Part shown: piece by piece, positions 44,819 through 54,910 of the stretch
How positions within the stretch are numbered: the stretch's first letter is position 1
How the letters are laid out: every line of letters begins with the position of its first letter
NCBI GenBank assembly: GCA_910586215.1
Contig: CAJUGH010000015.1
Location: 22,253-86,252, forward strand
Length of the DNA: 64,000 bases
Direction: 5' to 3'
From: an uncultured Acetatifactor sp.
GTDB taxonomy: Bacteria; Bacillota; Clostridia; Lachnospirales; Lachnospiraceae
The notes under the pieces: model-generated
The model's database searches: none
Seen by the model: the letters and a program-made list of their open reading frames with translations, nothing else
What the model was told of the DNA's origin: nothing
Position numbers and translations under genes: made by a program

Positions 44819-45655
44819 GTGTATAATTTATTACGTGGGGAATTTTTCAAATTAAAGAGGAACAAGAGCTTTAGGTGGTGCGGATTTGCCACTGTGGTGA
44901 TGATCGTCATGATCTTTGCCACCCTGGAACTGGTAGGACAGATCATGCAGGGAACAGTGGAAAACGGCACGGGGGGTGTCACGGTGACTGTCATGGGGAA
45001 TCCTGTGCAGGAGGGTGAAAAACTGCCGCTGGAGGAGATGGGGCTGCCAGGGATTATACAACAGTTGTTTGCCGGTGAGTATATGATGATTGTTCTGGCG
45101 GTGTTCGTAGGGATCTTCGTGGCAGGAGAATATAGCAGCGGCACCTTGAAGAACATTATCGGGAAAGGATATTCCCGGACGAAGGTGTATCTGTCCAGAT
45201 TCCTTGTAGCTGCGGCGGCCATGGTGACATTGATCCTGTTTGGCGTAGCAGTCTGCCTGGCCTGCGGCCTGGTCTTCCTGGGGACAGGGGCATTTAAGGG
45301 TTCGTTCTGGGGTGATTTTGCAGTCTATATCGGATTGCAGCTGGTGATGAACATTGCCCTTGTGGCTGTGTTTATGTTGATAGATGAGGTGATCCGGAAT
45401 ATGGCTGGGAGCATCTCCGGGGGGCTGGCCATTGCTATCTTTGCCACCCTGGTGGTAAATGGGCTGGATCTGCTCCTGGTGCGGCTAGGAGTTCCAGTGC
45501 AGCTGACAGATTACTGTATCCTGGATCTGAGCCTGGGATGCCCCACAGAGGGTCTTGGAGCAGGAGCGATAGGCAGCATCCTTCTGATATCCCTGCTGTG
45601 GCTGGCGGCCGCACTGGGGGTTGGAATATGGCATTTCAGACAGACGGATCTGTGA
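44819..45655 (+). CDS. ABC-2 type transporter permease
   Basis: (V)YNLLRGEFFKLKRNKSF is a typical N-terminus, followed by 6 hydrophobic segments. The GTG at 44819 is preceded by GAAAGGAAACGAGGGA. Confidence 0.7.
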   Translation: MYNLLRGEFFKLKRNKSFRWCGFATVVMIVMIFATLELVGQIMQGTVENGTGGVTVTVMGNPVQEGEKLPLEEMGLPGIIQQLFAGEYMMIVLAVFVGIFVAGEYSSGTLKNIIGKGYSRTKVYLSRFLVAAAAMVTLILFGVAVCLACGLVFLGTGAFKGSFWGDFAVYIGLQLVMNIALVAVFMLIDEVIRNMAGSISGGLAIAIFATLVVNGLDLLLVRLGVPVQLTDYCILDLSLGCPTEGLGAGAIGSILLISLLWLAAALGVGIWHFRQTDL

Positions 45656-45848
45656 GGCCGGACATGGGGTATAGGACGAAGCCGGGGAAAGACTTTCCAC
45701 ACAGGTATGGTACAACCTGTGGCAGACTGGGGGCCCGGAAGGGCAGCACTTTTCCTAGGGAGGAAAGACCTGCCTGTAACAGGCAGGATCAAGAGCCGGG
45801 ACTGCCAGACGGGCCGGCAGCGTGCCTGGGGCAGGACGGAGGAGGATT

Positions 45849-46772
45849 ATGGAGTGGATATGGGGCACAGGTCTGATTGTGTTACTTGTGGGGGCGGGCA
45901 TATTGTCCGCCCGCCTTTCGTGTTATAAAGAGCAGGTGGGACATATGCGCAGGGAGTTAGGGGAACTGGAGCGGGCGGGAGACACCAACCGCCTGCTGTC
46001 TTCGGCCCTTCCTGTGGGAGAGACCGGGGAGGTCATTGCAGCCATGAACCGCCTCCTGGAGGGACAGAGATGTATCAGGGAGCGCCTGGAACGGGAGAAC
46101 AAAAGCTACCGGGAGAGTATCACCAGTATCTCCCATGACATCCGGACGCCCCTGACCTCTGCCAAAGGGTATGTGCAGATGCTGGGGGAGGAGGGCCTGG
46201 GGGAGGAGAAGCGGAAGGTCTACCGGGAGATTGTGGAACGGCGTCTCACAGACTTGTCGGAGATGCTGGACCAGCTGTTTTTATATGCCCGCCTGGAGGC
46301 CGGGGAGGAGGAATTCGCCTGGGAGACCCTGCATGCAGGGAACCTGTTCGCGGATACCATCTCCCTGTTCTATGAGGAGTTTGCAGGGCAGGGCCAGGCC
46401 CCCCGGGTGCAGATAGCCCCCGGGGCCGCTTATATCCGGGCAGACAGGCGGGCCTTTGTGAGGATCCTGGAGAACCTGGTGAAAAATGCCCTGGTTCATG
46501 GAACAGGTGGATATGGGTTTATACTGGCACAGGAAGGAGAAAGGGTACGGATTACGGTGGAAAATGGCACGGACAGCATCAAGGAAGAAGACCTGTCGCA
46601 GATATTTGACCGTTTTTACACAACAGACACCTCCAGGAGCCGCAGGGCCACAGGGCTTGGGCTTGCCATTGTGAAAGAGCTTACAGGGCAGATGGGGGGA
46701 GAGGTGACGGCTACACTGATCCAGGGAATTTTCCGGATAGAGGTATCTTTTCCCTGTTTGCAAAAACCTTAA
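45849..46772 (+). CDS. sensor histidine kinase (intramembrane-sensing type, single short TM region)
   Basis: GGAGGAGG RBS. H-box ISHDIRTPLTSAKGY and HATPase TGLGLAIVKEL. Confidence 0.85.
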   Translation: MEWIWGTGLIVLLVGAGILSARLSCYKEQVGHMRRELGELERAGDTNRLLSSALPVGETGEVIAAMNRLLEGQRCIRERLERENKSYRESITSISHDIRTPLTSAKGYVQMLGEEGLGEEKRKVYREIVERRLTDLSEMLDQLFLYARLEAGEEEFAWETLHAGNLFADTISLFYEEFAGQGQAPRVQIAPGAAYIRADRRAFVRILENLVKNALVHGTGGYGFILAQEGERVRITVENGTDSIKEEDLSQIFDRFYTTDTSRSRRATGLGLAIVKELTGQMGGEVTATLIQGIFRIEVSFPCLQKP

Positions 46773-46842
46773 AATCGTGTATACTGAATCTGGCATGTGG
46801 GGAAGCGGTGAATGCGGGAGAAGCTGCTGCCTGTGACGGTAT

Positions 46843-46874
46843 TGTGACAGGGAATGTTTAGCCTGGGACAGGGA
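46843..46874 (+). promoter_or_regulatory. 21-bp-phased direct repeat TG(T/G)GACAGGGA just upstream of the LytTR regulator 2 start
   Basis: TGTGACAGGGA at 46843-46853 and TGGGACAGGGA at 46864-46874 (10 of 11 identical). The second copy overlaps the RBS. Confidence 0.35.
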
Positions 46875-46882
46875 GGGTGACA

Positions 46883-47590
46883 ATGAAGATTGCGGTCTGT
46901 GACGATGAGCCGGTATACCGGCAGGTTCTGACAGAGAGGATTCTGCGGGAGGGGATCGCCGGGGGATATGAGACCAGCATCACGGAATATGCGGACGGCA
47001 ATGCCCTTCTTGCGGCTGTGGACAGGGACGGGGGAGCGGATGTGTATTTCCTGGACATAGAGACAGACGCAGGCCCGGATGACGGGATCCGGACAGCCAG
47101 GGAACTCCGCAGGCGTAGGGATAGGGGACTGATCGTGTATGTGACAGGTTTCATGGAATACATGCAGACGGGCTATGAAGTCAAGGCGTTCCGCTATCTG
47201 CTGAAGAACCAGATTGACCGGGATCTGGGGCAGGTGCTCTTGGATATCCGGAGGGAACTGACAGAGGAAGATTGCTTTTCCTTCCAGAGGAATAAGGAGA
47301 CGGTGTGTGTGAAGCTGCGGGACATTCTCTATCTGGAGAGTGACAGACGCCTGGTACACATCAAGTGCCGCCAGGGACAGGAGAGCTTCTATGGCAGCCT
47401 GGACAAGGTGGAGGAAGAACTGGCAGAAAAAGGCTTCCTGCGCTGTCACAAGAGTTATCTGGTGAACAGGGACAGGGTGAAATCTTTTTCGGGGGAACAG
47501 GTGGTACTGGAGGAGGGAACGGTGCTGCCGGTAAGCCGCGCCTATTGCAAAAAGGTGAAGAGGGAACTTACCCTGTATTTCTCCCGCTGA
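46883..47590 (+). CDS. LytTR-family response regulator (module copy 2)
   Basis: MKIAVCDDE, YFLDIE, FLRCHKSYLVN. Paralog of 13214-13912. Confidence 0.9.
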   Translation: MKIAVCDDEPVYRQVLTERILREGIAGGYETSITEYADGNALLAAVDRDGGADVYFLDIETDAGPDDGIRTARELRRRRDRGLIVYVTGFMEYMQTGYEVKAFRYLLKNQIDRDLGQVLLDIRRELTEEDCFSFQRNKETVCVKLRDILYLESDRRLVHIKCRQGQESFYGSLDKVEEELAEKGFLRCHKSYLVNRDRVKSFSGEQVVLEEGTVLPVSRAYCKKVKRELTLYFSR

Positions 47591-47630
47591 TCGGGACAGT
47601 GAACAGTAACACAGAGGGGACTATCATTTT

Positions 47631-49034
47631 ATGGAAGTATTTTGCATGAACCTGGGGATCACGATGGTCTATGCAGGAGTCTGTATATGGTGTATGAGGT
47701 GGCAGGGCAGGGCCAGGAGAATCACAGGAGTGTCCTGTTTTTTTATGATAGGATGTTTTCTGGACAGACTGTGCAGCCTGGTCATGGAAGGGATCGTGCA
47801 TGGGAATAGCTGGGGGCAGATGCGGTTTGCAGGGCTGGTGCTGTCCAAAAGTATGGCAGGAATCCTGCTGTTTGTAGCCTGCTGTATGGGAAGGAAGTCT
47901 GATAAGGACCAGGAAGAGACGGACGATGCCAGTGGGAATCGTTTTGAGGAGGACAGTGCTGGAACGGATCCTGCATATAGAAGAGGCACAGACAGGGACA
48001 GTGGGGAACAAAATGGCAGGGGCAGGGATTCTACAGGCAAAGGTCATATGCATAGAAGCGGCACGGACAGGGAAAAGAGAAAGGGTAAGGCCTATGGGCG
48101 TAGGCGCATGACCTATATGGAGAAACTGACAGTGTCGGGATCCGTTTTCTTCTGGTGTGTGCTGATGGCATCGGGGGCAGCTCTGGGCAGGGGGCCTGGG
48201 ATCGGACAGAGTGCCAGTCCCAGGCAAGGGAAGATCCTGGCAGCGGATTTTGCCTGGACGGGACTGCTCTTTGCCGTATTGCTGGCCTTCTATCTGTCTG
48301 TCTATTGTCATGTCCGCCTGGAGCGTGACAGGCAGGCGGCCAGGAACAGACAGCAGGAGCGTAGGCAGACAGAAGCCTATCTCTATACCATCGAAAGCCA
48401 TTACCAGAGAACCAGGGAGCTGTGGCATGACTTGAGGAACCATATCAGCCTGCTGGATCTGCTTCTCCAGGAGGAGAAGTACGGACAGATGCGGGATTAC
48501 CTCAAGGTCTTCGGGGAGGAAGTGGACAGGATCGCATTGCCGGCAAAAAGCGGGAACTTGATTGTGGATGCGGTGCTGGCAGACAAGGTGGCCAGGGCAA
48601 AACGGGAAAAAATGGATGTGAAAGTGGAATTGTGCGACCTCACAAGATTATATTTAAGGCCGGATGAGATCTGTAGCCTGTTTGGAAACCTGCTGGACAA
48701 TGCCATGGAGGCATGCAGACAGGTGGAGGGGGAGAGGAAGATCACTGTCACTTGCCGGACGCGGGGGGAGGAGACTTATCTGTCTGTGCGCAATACCATG
48801 GCAGAGGAGAAATCCGGGCAGGGAAAGCTGCTGGTGAGCCGGAAAAAGGACAGGGAGAATGTGGTGGGACATGGGCTTGGGCTGCGCAGCGTGGAACGTG
48901 TGGTGAACCGTTATGCAGGAGAACTGGTGACGGATGCCAGGGGAGGGATCTTCACGGTGGCGGTGCGTCTGCCCGGGGAAGCGCCTATATCTTGCAGGGA
49001 AAGTGACAGACAAGCCATGTCCTGTCAAAAATGA
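47631..49034 (+). CDS. AgrC/ComD-type (HPK10, GHKL) sensor histidine kinase (module copy 2)
   Basis: RELWHDLRNHISLL, GNLLDNAMEA, GHGLGLRS. Paralog of 13959-15287. The ATG at 47646 is an alternative start. Confidence 0.85.
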   Translation: MEVFCMNLGITMVYAGVCIWCMRWQGRARRITGVSCFFMIGCFLDRLCSLVMEGIVHGNSWGQMRFAGLVLSKSMAGILLFVACCMGRKSDKDQEETDDASGNRFEEDSAGTDPAYRRGTDRDSGEQNGRGRDSTGKGHMHRSGTDREKRKGKAYGRRRMTYMEKLTVSGSVFFWCVLMASGAALGRGPGIGQSASPRQGKILAADFAWTGLLFAVLLAFYLSVYCHVRLERDRQAARNRQQERRQTEAYLYTIESHYQRTRELWHDLRNHISLLDLLLQEEKYGQMRDYLKVFGEEVDRIALPAKSGNLIVDAVLADKVARAKREKMDVKVELCDLTRLYLRPDEICSLFGNLLDNAMEACRQVEGERKITVTCRTRGEETYLSVRNTMAEEKSGQGKLLVSRKKDRENVVGHGLGLRSVERVVNRYAGELVTDARGGIFTVAVRLPGEAPISCRESDRQAMSCQK

Positions 49035-49091
49035 CAAGGAGAGGGTCAATTATGACAGGATGTCCCCAGGCGGGGTATCCTGTGGTAATCT
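49031..49091 (+). promoter_or_regulatory. candidate LytTR operator plus -10 element for the ABC genes (copy 2)
   Basis: ATGACAAGG at 49031-49039 and ATGACAGGA at 49052-49060 (21-bp phase). TAATCT at 49086-49091 lies 25 nt downstream, the same geometry as copy 1. Confidence 0.45.
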
Positions 49092-49186
49092 GGAAAAGGC
49101 TGGGACGGGTGCCGGAAGACAGGGAATGCCGGAAAAAGGGTATGTCCTGTTTTCCCGGTGCTGCCAGCCGGGAAGGAGTACAGTGA

Positions 49187-50968
49187 ATGAAAGTAATCAG
49201 AAATTGTACCTATGCCATTCGGACAGTCTTTCACTATGCGCCCTGGAATGTGGTGCTGTACACCATCGGCTATTTTGTGCCTGCGTTTTTCACGGGGTTA
49301 CAGATGCTGCTGGTACAGCAGATCGTGGATAGTGGAGTAGCCCTGGTCCAGGGGGAGGGAGAACTTCGCCCTGTGGTCTGGTGGAGCGGGCTGCTGGTGG
49401 TCATGCTGACCTTGTGGGTGTCCCTGCAGAAACTGGCACAGTATGAGACCCTGGCCATCCGAACGCGGCTGACCAGGCGCATGGCACCGGATATTGCAGA
49501 CAAACTCATCGGGCTGGAATATGCCAGCTTTGAGGAGAAGGGTGTTCAGGAAGTGTTCCAGAGGATGTCCAATGAACCCCAGCAGATGGTGGCAGATTGT
49601 TTTAACAGGGCCATGATCAATATCCAGGGAACCATGTCCCTGCTCTTTAGTATGGCAGTGTTCTTCTCTATCTCCCTGTGGGTTGGGGTGGGTGTGCTGC
49701 TGATCGGGATCCCTACCACCATACTGGGGTTTTTCTCCGCGGGCAAAAGACGGCTGATTTCCAGGCAGTCGGCGGATGCCAGGCGGCGGATGGCAGACTT
49801 GAAGGGACTGCTGTCCAACAAGCATGCCATGTATGAGATGAAGCTGTTCTCTTCAGAGGAATTGTTTACCAGGAAATGGAATCAGAGCAGTGCCGAACTG
49901 GCAGATATTACCATGCGGGAGGGGCGCAGGGCCCTGGCCATGGATGTGGCCAGTAACCTGCTCCAGATCCTGTACATTATCTTCATCATCTTCACAGTGT
50001 CCTACAGCTTCTTCCAGGGGAGTGTTACGCTGGGACAGTTTACGGCCGCCATCAGCGGGGCCAATTCCATTGGAACAAAGCTGTACTACGCGGCCTGGCA
50101 TCTCTCCATGATGCTGCGGTGTGCCCTGGAGATGGATTTCTATATGGAATTCCTCCAGCTGGAACCGCGCAGGGATCTGGGGGAAGTGGAGAATCTGGAT
50201 CATTATGACATTGCTTTCGAGAATGTGAACTTCCGTTATCCCGGTACAGAGCATCAGATCCTGCGGAATGTGACATTCTACGTCAAGGAAGGGGAGCGGA
50301 TTGCTTTTGTGGGAGAAAACGGTGCGGGAAAATCTACAATCATCAAGCTGCTCTGTGGGCTCTACGAACCTACGGCGGGCCGGGTGACAATAGGGGGGGT
50401 TCCTGTGCGTTCCCTGTCCGAGGAATTCCGGCAGAAGGTGCTATCGGTGGTATTCCAGGATTATCAGGGATACCAGATGAGCCTGCGGGAGAACATTGCC
50501 TTCGGCAGTATGGGGAAACTGGACCAGGACCAGAAACTGGCACATGCCCTGGAACTGGCTGGCGGAAGTGGGCTGCTGGCACATAGACAGGGGATTGACA
50601 GGAATCTGGGGAAACTGGTCGAAGACGGGGAGGATCTGTCCAAGGGACAGTGGCAGCGGGTGGCCATGGCCAGGGCTTTTGTGTCCGATGCCCGGTATGT
50701 GATTCTGGATGAGCCTACAGCAGCCCTGGATCCTATCGCAGAGAGTCAGATGTATGAGAATTTTGCGAAAATCTTCCAGGAGCGGGGAACTGTCATGATC
50801 TCCCACAGACTGGCTTCTGCCAGGATGGCGGACCGGATCCTGGTGCTGGACGGCGGCAGGATCGTACAGGCCGGGAACCATGAGGAACTGATGGGGAAGG
50901 ACGGGCTGTACCGGCAGATGTATGTGGCGCAGAGTTCCTGGTACCAGGGAGCCGTGAATTTGGTATAG
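49187..50968 (+). CDS. ABC exporter, fused permease/ATP-binding protein (copy 2, subunit A)
   Basis: GENGAGKST, LSKGQWQR, ILDEPT. Paralog of 15322-17193. Confidence 0.9.
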   Translation: MKVIRNCTYAIRTVFHYAPWNVVLYTIGYFVPAFFTGLQMLLVQQIVDSGVALVQGEGELRPVVWWSGLLVVMLTLWVSLQKLAQYETLAIRTRLTRRMAPDIADKLIGLEYASFEEKGVQEVFQRMSNEPQQMVADCFNRAMINIQGTMSLLFSMAVFFSISLWVGVGVLLIGIPTTILGFFSAGKRRLISRQSADARRRMADLKGLLSNKHAMYEMKLFSSEELFTRKWNQSSAELADITMREGRRALAMDVASNLLQILYIIFIIFTVSYSFFQGSVTLGQFTAAISGANSIGTKLYYAAWHLSMMLRCALEMDFYMEFLQLEPRRDLGEVENLDHYDIAFENVNFRYPGTEHQILRNVTFYVKEGERIAFVGENGAGKSTIIKLLCGLYEPTAGRVTIGGVPVRSLSEEFRQKVLSVVFQDYQGYQMSLRENIAFGSMGKLDQDQKLAHALELAGGSGLLAHRQGIDRNLGKLVEDGEDLSKGQWQRVAMARAFVSDARYVILDEPTAALDPIAESQMYENFAKIFQERGTVMISHRLASARMADRILVLDGGRIVQAGNHEELMGKDGLYRQMYVAQSSWYQGAVNLV

Positions 50969-50978
50969 GGGGAATCCT

Positions 50979-52736
50979 ATGGAAAAAAAGAAGAATGCTA
51001 ATTATATGAAACTAGTGTGCCAGGACTGTTTCCAGGCATTCCCGGCCATGATGGTATTGCTGGTGCTGCTGGAAGTCCTGGATGTGATATTTGTGGTATT
51101 ACAGCCTGCGGTGCTGGCAGGGGTGATAGAGGGGGCCACCCAGGGAGCCGGAAGATATCTGATTCCGGGAATTGTACTGTTCGGCAGCCTGTTATTGGCA
51201 GCACCCTTGATGAATTCTGTTTACCGGTGGGCAGACCTGGTGCTGGAGGTAAAGTCAGAACAGTATTTTGGCAGGAAGATGTTTACCTTTTCCAAAGGGA
51301 TCCGGCTGGAGGCCCTGGAGGACACGGCAGTGCTGGACCGGTTCAAGAAGGCAGAGCGGGCCATGCAGCAGAATACCATGGTGGGGCTGTTCCGGAATGT
51401 GCTGAATGTGCTGGGGCGGGTGGTAACTTGTGTGGGAATCATGGCGGTGGTCGGTGCCTACTCCATATGGCTTCCGGCGATCGCCCTGGCTGGTGCTGTC
51501 CCCAGCCTGCTGGTACAGATTTACAGGGTGAGGATAATGGTGAAGGTAAGGCGCAGACAGAGTACAGCCAGGCGCAGGGTGCAGTATCTGTGGGAGTTAT
51601 TTACCAGGAAAGAGGCAGTGAAGGAAATGCGTACCATGGGTTTTGCTGCCTACTTGAAGCAGAAATGGAGCAAAGAGAACGTAGCCCTGGTGAAGGAACT
51701 CCAGGAAGTGGAATTGAGAATGCATGGGAAGGGAATGCTCTCAGACTGTGTGGTGAACCTGTTCTATGCCTTGAACATTGCAGCGACCCTGTACTTTATG
51801 GTAAAAGGGCAGATCTCTGTGGGAGCCTTTGCGGCCTGTCTGATGGCTTTTGCAAGTTTCCAGGGCAGTCTTCGGAGCCTGGTGGATGTCATCAGTGAGA
51901 CATTTGACCGCTATCAGTATACGGAGGATTACTATGATTACTTTGCCATTCCGGTGGAGCAGAACGGAAGCAGACAGTATCTGCCTTTCCGGGAACAGAT
52001 CCAGGTGGAGGATGTAACATTTGCCTACAAGGGTGCAGACAGGAATGCCCTGGATGGGGTAAACTGTTCCATCCAGAAGGGAGAGCATGTGGTGATCGTG
52101 GGAGAGAACGGTTCCGGCAAGACCACCCTGTCCCGGCTGCTTACAGGTGCTTACCTGCCCAGGTCGGGACAGGTAACATATGACGGGCAGGGCACCTCCA
52201 AACTGGACAGGAAGAGCCTGTATAAGCATATCTCCGTGGTATCCCAGGATTTCGTCCACTACCAGTTCTCCCTGCGGGAGAATGTAGGGATCAGTGATAT
52301 CTCCCGGATCCAGGACGGGGCAGCCATGGAGGCGCTTTTGTCCGAGGTGGCAGGGCCGGAATTCCTGAAGGATATCGGGAGCCTGGATATGCAGCTTGGA
52401 CGGGAATTCGGGGGCAGGGAACTGTCCGGGGGAGAGTGGCAGAAGATCGCCATTGCCAGGGGGCTGTGGAAGGACAGCGATATCATCATCCTGGACGAAC
52501 CCACCAGCGCCCTGGATCCCTTGGTGGAGTACGATATCCTGTCCCGGTTCAAGGAGATGATCCAGGACAAGACATCGGTCATTATCTCCCACCGGGTGGG
52601 CATGTGCCGCAGTGCGGACAAGATCATTGTCATGAAGGACGGCCGGGTGGCAGAGTGCGGGAAGCATGAAGAGCTGCTGGCCCTGGGCGGGGAGTATGCC
52701 CGGATCTGGGAGGAACAGGCAAAGTGGTATGCATAG
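50979..52736 (+). CDS. ABC exporter, fused permease/ATP-binding protein (copy 2, subunit B)
   Basis: GENGSGKTT, LSGGEWQK, ILDEPT. Paralog of 17190-18947. Confidence 0.9.
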   Translation: MEKKKNANYMKLVCQDCFQAFPAMMVLLVLLEVLDVIFVVLQPAVLAGVIEGATQGAGRYLIPGIVLFGSLLLAAPLMNSVYRWADLVLEVKSEQYFGRKMFTFSKGIRLEALEDTAVLDRFKKAERAMQQNTMVGLFRNVLNVLGRVVTCVGIMAVVGAYSIWLPAIALAGAVPSLLVQIYRVRIMVKVRRRQSTARRRVQYLWELFTRKEAVKEMRTMGFAAYLKQKWSKENVALVKELQEVELRMHGKGMLSDCVVNLFYALNIAATLYFMVKGQISVGAFAACLMAFASFQGSLRSLVDVISETFDRYQYTEDYYDYFAIPVEQNGSRQYLPFREQIQVEDVTFAYKGADRNALDGVNCSIQKGEHVVIVGENGSGKTTLSRLLTGAYLPRSGQVTYDGQGTSKLDRKSLYKHISVVSQDFVHYQFSLRENVGISDISRIQDGAAMEALLSEVAGPEFLKDIGSLDMQLGREFGGRELSGGEWQKIAIARGLWKDSDIIILDEPTSALDPLVEYDILSRFKEMIQDKTSVIISHRVGMCRSADKIIVMKDGRVAECGKHEELLALGGEYARIWEEQAKWYA

Positions 52737-52741
52737 GATAG

Positions 52742-52773
52742 ACCGGGGGCAGTGCTGGGGCCTCCGGTTTTTA
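52742..52773 (+). terminator. rho-independent terminator
   Basis: ACCGGGGG / CCTCCGGT stem (one G-U pair) followed by a T run. Confidence 0.65.
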
Positions 52774-52838
52774 GTTCAGTGGGCAATGAGCTAATCGGCT
52801 GTGCTTGCACGAATGTTTTTGCATGAAAAAGCAATGGC

Positions 52839-52867
52839 TTGACACTGCTGCCAGCACATTGTATCAT
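52839..52867 (+). promoter_or_regulatory. sigma-70 promoter of the BlaI-family repressor gene
   Basis: TTGACA (52839-52844), 17-nt spacer, TATCAT (52862-52867). Confidence 0.6.
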
Positions 52868-52930
52868 GAATGGAAAATTAGCATAATGTATAATGTTGGC
52901 AGGAAAAAGAATAGTGGGAGAAAAGAGAAG

Positions 52931-53341
52931 ATGAAAAGACTGTCAGAAACGGAATTTAAAATCATGAAAATCCTGTGGGAGCATCCGGAACCAGTAACCT
53001 CCAGCCAGATCCTGGAGGAGACCAGGGGGGAACTGGACTGGAAGCTGGCCAGCTTGATGACAGCCTTGTCCCGCATGGCGGATAAGGGGTATGTACATTG
53101 CGACAGGAGCACCAGGACCAATTATTACAGGGCGGTGATCAGCCGGGAGGATTACAGGATCCAGGAGAGCGATTCCTTCCTGGCGAAGCTCTATGACAGG
53201 TCAGCCACCAAATTCATTGCCAGCCTGTGCAGGCGGGAGAGGATGTCCGGGGAGGAGATCCGAAAGCTTCGGACCTACCTGGATTCACTTGGACAGAAGA
53301 ACGGGGAGGACTGTCCTGGACAGGGAGAGGAAGTGCTTTAG
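52931..53341 (+). CDS. BlaI/MecI/CopY-family transcriptional repressor
   Basis: LSETEFKIMKILW...TSSQIL...LMTALSRMADKGYV...R.NYY winged-helix pattern. The start at MKRLSE is family-consistent. Confidence 0.85.
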   Translation: MKRLSETEFKIMKILWEHPEPVTSSQILEETRGELDWKLASLMTALSRMADKGYVHCDRSTRTNYYRAVISREDYRIQESDSFLAKLYDRSATKFIASLCRRERMSGEEIRKLRTYLDSLGQKNGEDCPGQGEEVL

Positions 53342-53553
53342 AGTATCGATCTGCACAGGTGGAATTTTTTTGTCTGCATTTTGTCCCGATCTCTATTTTC
53401 TCCTACTATATAGGTATAGGGTATGGATCTGGCAGATGCCCAGAAGCAGCCGGATGCCAGAACAGCATGGACGGGAGGATCAGTCAAATGTTTCACAAGG
53501 GAGCAGAAAACGGGGAAAGACAGAGGGAGAAAGGAGAAAATAAGAAGAGAAAA

Positions 53554-54867
53554 ATGGAAAAAAGGAGGCTTAGGGGAGTGGGAAGGAGCACGGCCATGCT
53601 GCTTGCCTGTGCGCTTCTGGCGGGCTGTGGACAGGGGGAAGGGAACCCCGCGGGAGACTTGCAGGAGTTGGATCCCGCAATCCTGGAGGCATCCCGGGAA
53701 ACCGGGGGACCGGACGGCCAGGAGGGGCCGGGGACTGGACATAACGGAGGAACCCAGACAGGAGCGACGCCAGCAGGAAATGGTGGAACAGGGAATACAG
53801 GGGATGTGGCAGGTGGGGACTCCCAGGGCTATCCCAAGGGGGATCGGATAGAAGAACAGTCCTTTGAGGTGGATCTGAGACCCCTGGGAAAAGTGACATT
53901 TGCCTCCTATGAGCCAGATCCGTCAGGGAATCCCCTGGCAGATGTGGTATTCCAGATGGAACGGGAGGGACAGGTGCTCCTGCAGCTTCCAGGAACCGAA
54001 GAGGGAAATGTGGCAATGGAACTGTTCCATCAGGTGGAGGCAGTCTCTTTCCTGGATTACAACAATGACGGCTATGATGATATCATTGTAATTCTCAGCT
54101 ACTATTTTGGCGCAGGCCCCCAGGCAGCCACTTCCCATTCCAGGGTCCGCTATTATAAAGGATCCGCAGAAGGCAGTTTTGTCTATGAGAAAGAGGCATC
54201 GGAAGCTGCCTCCGGTGCCCTGGCAGAGATTACGGTGGAGACGGCCAAGGGATTTATCGGGGTGAAGACTGAGGACACACCCGCAGAGTGGACCGGAACC
54301 AGGGATCTACAGACAGCGGTGGGCAGCCTGGAACCCTGGCAGCAGGCATATCTGGACTATCTGGACGGGGAGTCCCGGGTGGAGTCCCAGAAGGGTTACA
54401 CGTTGATCTGCCTAAGCGACACGGAGATTCCCCAGCTTGTGGAGGTAGGTGACAGTGAGGCCAACGGCTGCCGCATTGTGGCCTATGGGGAGGGCCGGGT
54501 TCATGTGACCCAGCTTGACAGATTACATTTTCACTATATCCCGGATTCCAATCTATTGTGCAATTCTGACGGACTGATGGATTATTATTACGACAATGTG
54601 TACAGGCTGGAAAATGGGGAATTGAAGACGGTTGCATCGGGGCATTATGGGAAGCTGGACGATGGCCCCATGGAATTTGACCAGAACGGGGAACCTGTCT
54701 ACCAGTATGAGTGGAACGGAACCAGAGTGGATAAGGAAGCTTATGCCCAGGCCCTGGCCCAGGTATATGATACCACCCAGGCGGTGGATTATGACTACGG
54801 CAGCCTGTATACCGTGGATGAGGTGAAGCGAGTCATCAGGGACTACAGGAAAGAACCAGGAGCATAG
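53554..54867 (+). CDS. lipoprotein of unknown function
   Basis: MEKRRLRGVGRSTAMLLACALLAGCGQ is a classical lipoprotein signal peptide with an LLAGC lipobox. A Gly/Thr/Pro-rich linker follows. FLDYNNDGYDDIIV is an FG-GAP/VCBS-like segment. The ATG at 53488 is an alternative upstream start. Confidence 0.7.
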   Translation: MEKRRLRGVGRSTAMLLACALLAGCGQGEGNPAGDLQELDPAILEASRETGGPDGQEGPGTGHNGGTQTGATPAGNGGTGNTGDVAGGDSQGYPKGDRIEEQSFEVDLRPLGKVTFASYEPDPSGNPLADVVFQMEREGQVLLQLPGTEEGNVAMELFHQVEAVSFLDYNNDGYDDIIVILSYYFGAGPQAATSHSRVRYYKGSAEGSFVYEKEASEAASGALAEITVETAKGFIGVKTEDTPAEWTGTRDLQTAVGSLEPWQQAYLDYLDGESRVESQKGYTLICLSDTEIPQLVEVGDSEANGCRIVAYGEGRVHVTQLDRLHFHYIPDSNLLCNSDGLMDYYYDNVYRLENGELKTVASGHYGKLDDGPMEFDQNGEPVYQYEWNGTRVDKEAYAQALAQVYDTTQAVDYDYGSLYTVDEVKRVIRDYRKEPGA

Positions 54868-54910
54868 AGAGGTACGGCTCGTGGACTGAGACAAAAGGTA
54901 AGAATGGGGT

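Noticed and set aside
49052-49186. 44-codon ORF (MTGCPQAGYPVVIWKRLGRVPEDRECRKKGMSCFPGAASREGVQ) with an AGGAGAGGG RBS between kinase 2 and ABC subunit A, considered as an autoinducer or bacteriocin precursor
   Set aside because: Its ATG is simply the second ATGACA direct repeat of the putative LytTR operator, and the predicted promoter would start transcription inside it. Module copy 1 has no equivalent ORF (35-nt gap). It has no leader-peptide features such as a double-glycine motif. It remains testable by ribosome profiling.
53227-53553. Upstream extension of the lipoprotein ORF overlapping the BlaI-family gene
   Set aside because: The extension overlaps the repressor gene, and the signal peptide with its lipobox begins at the ATG at 53554. 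The ATG at 53488 with a GGGAGGA RBS cannot be excluded.
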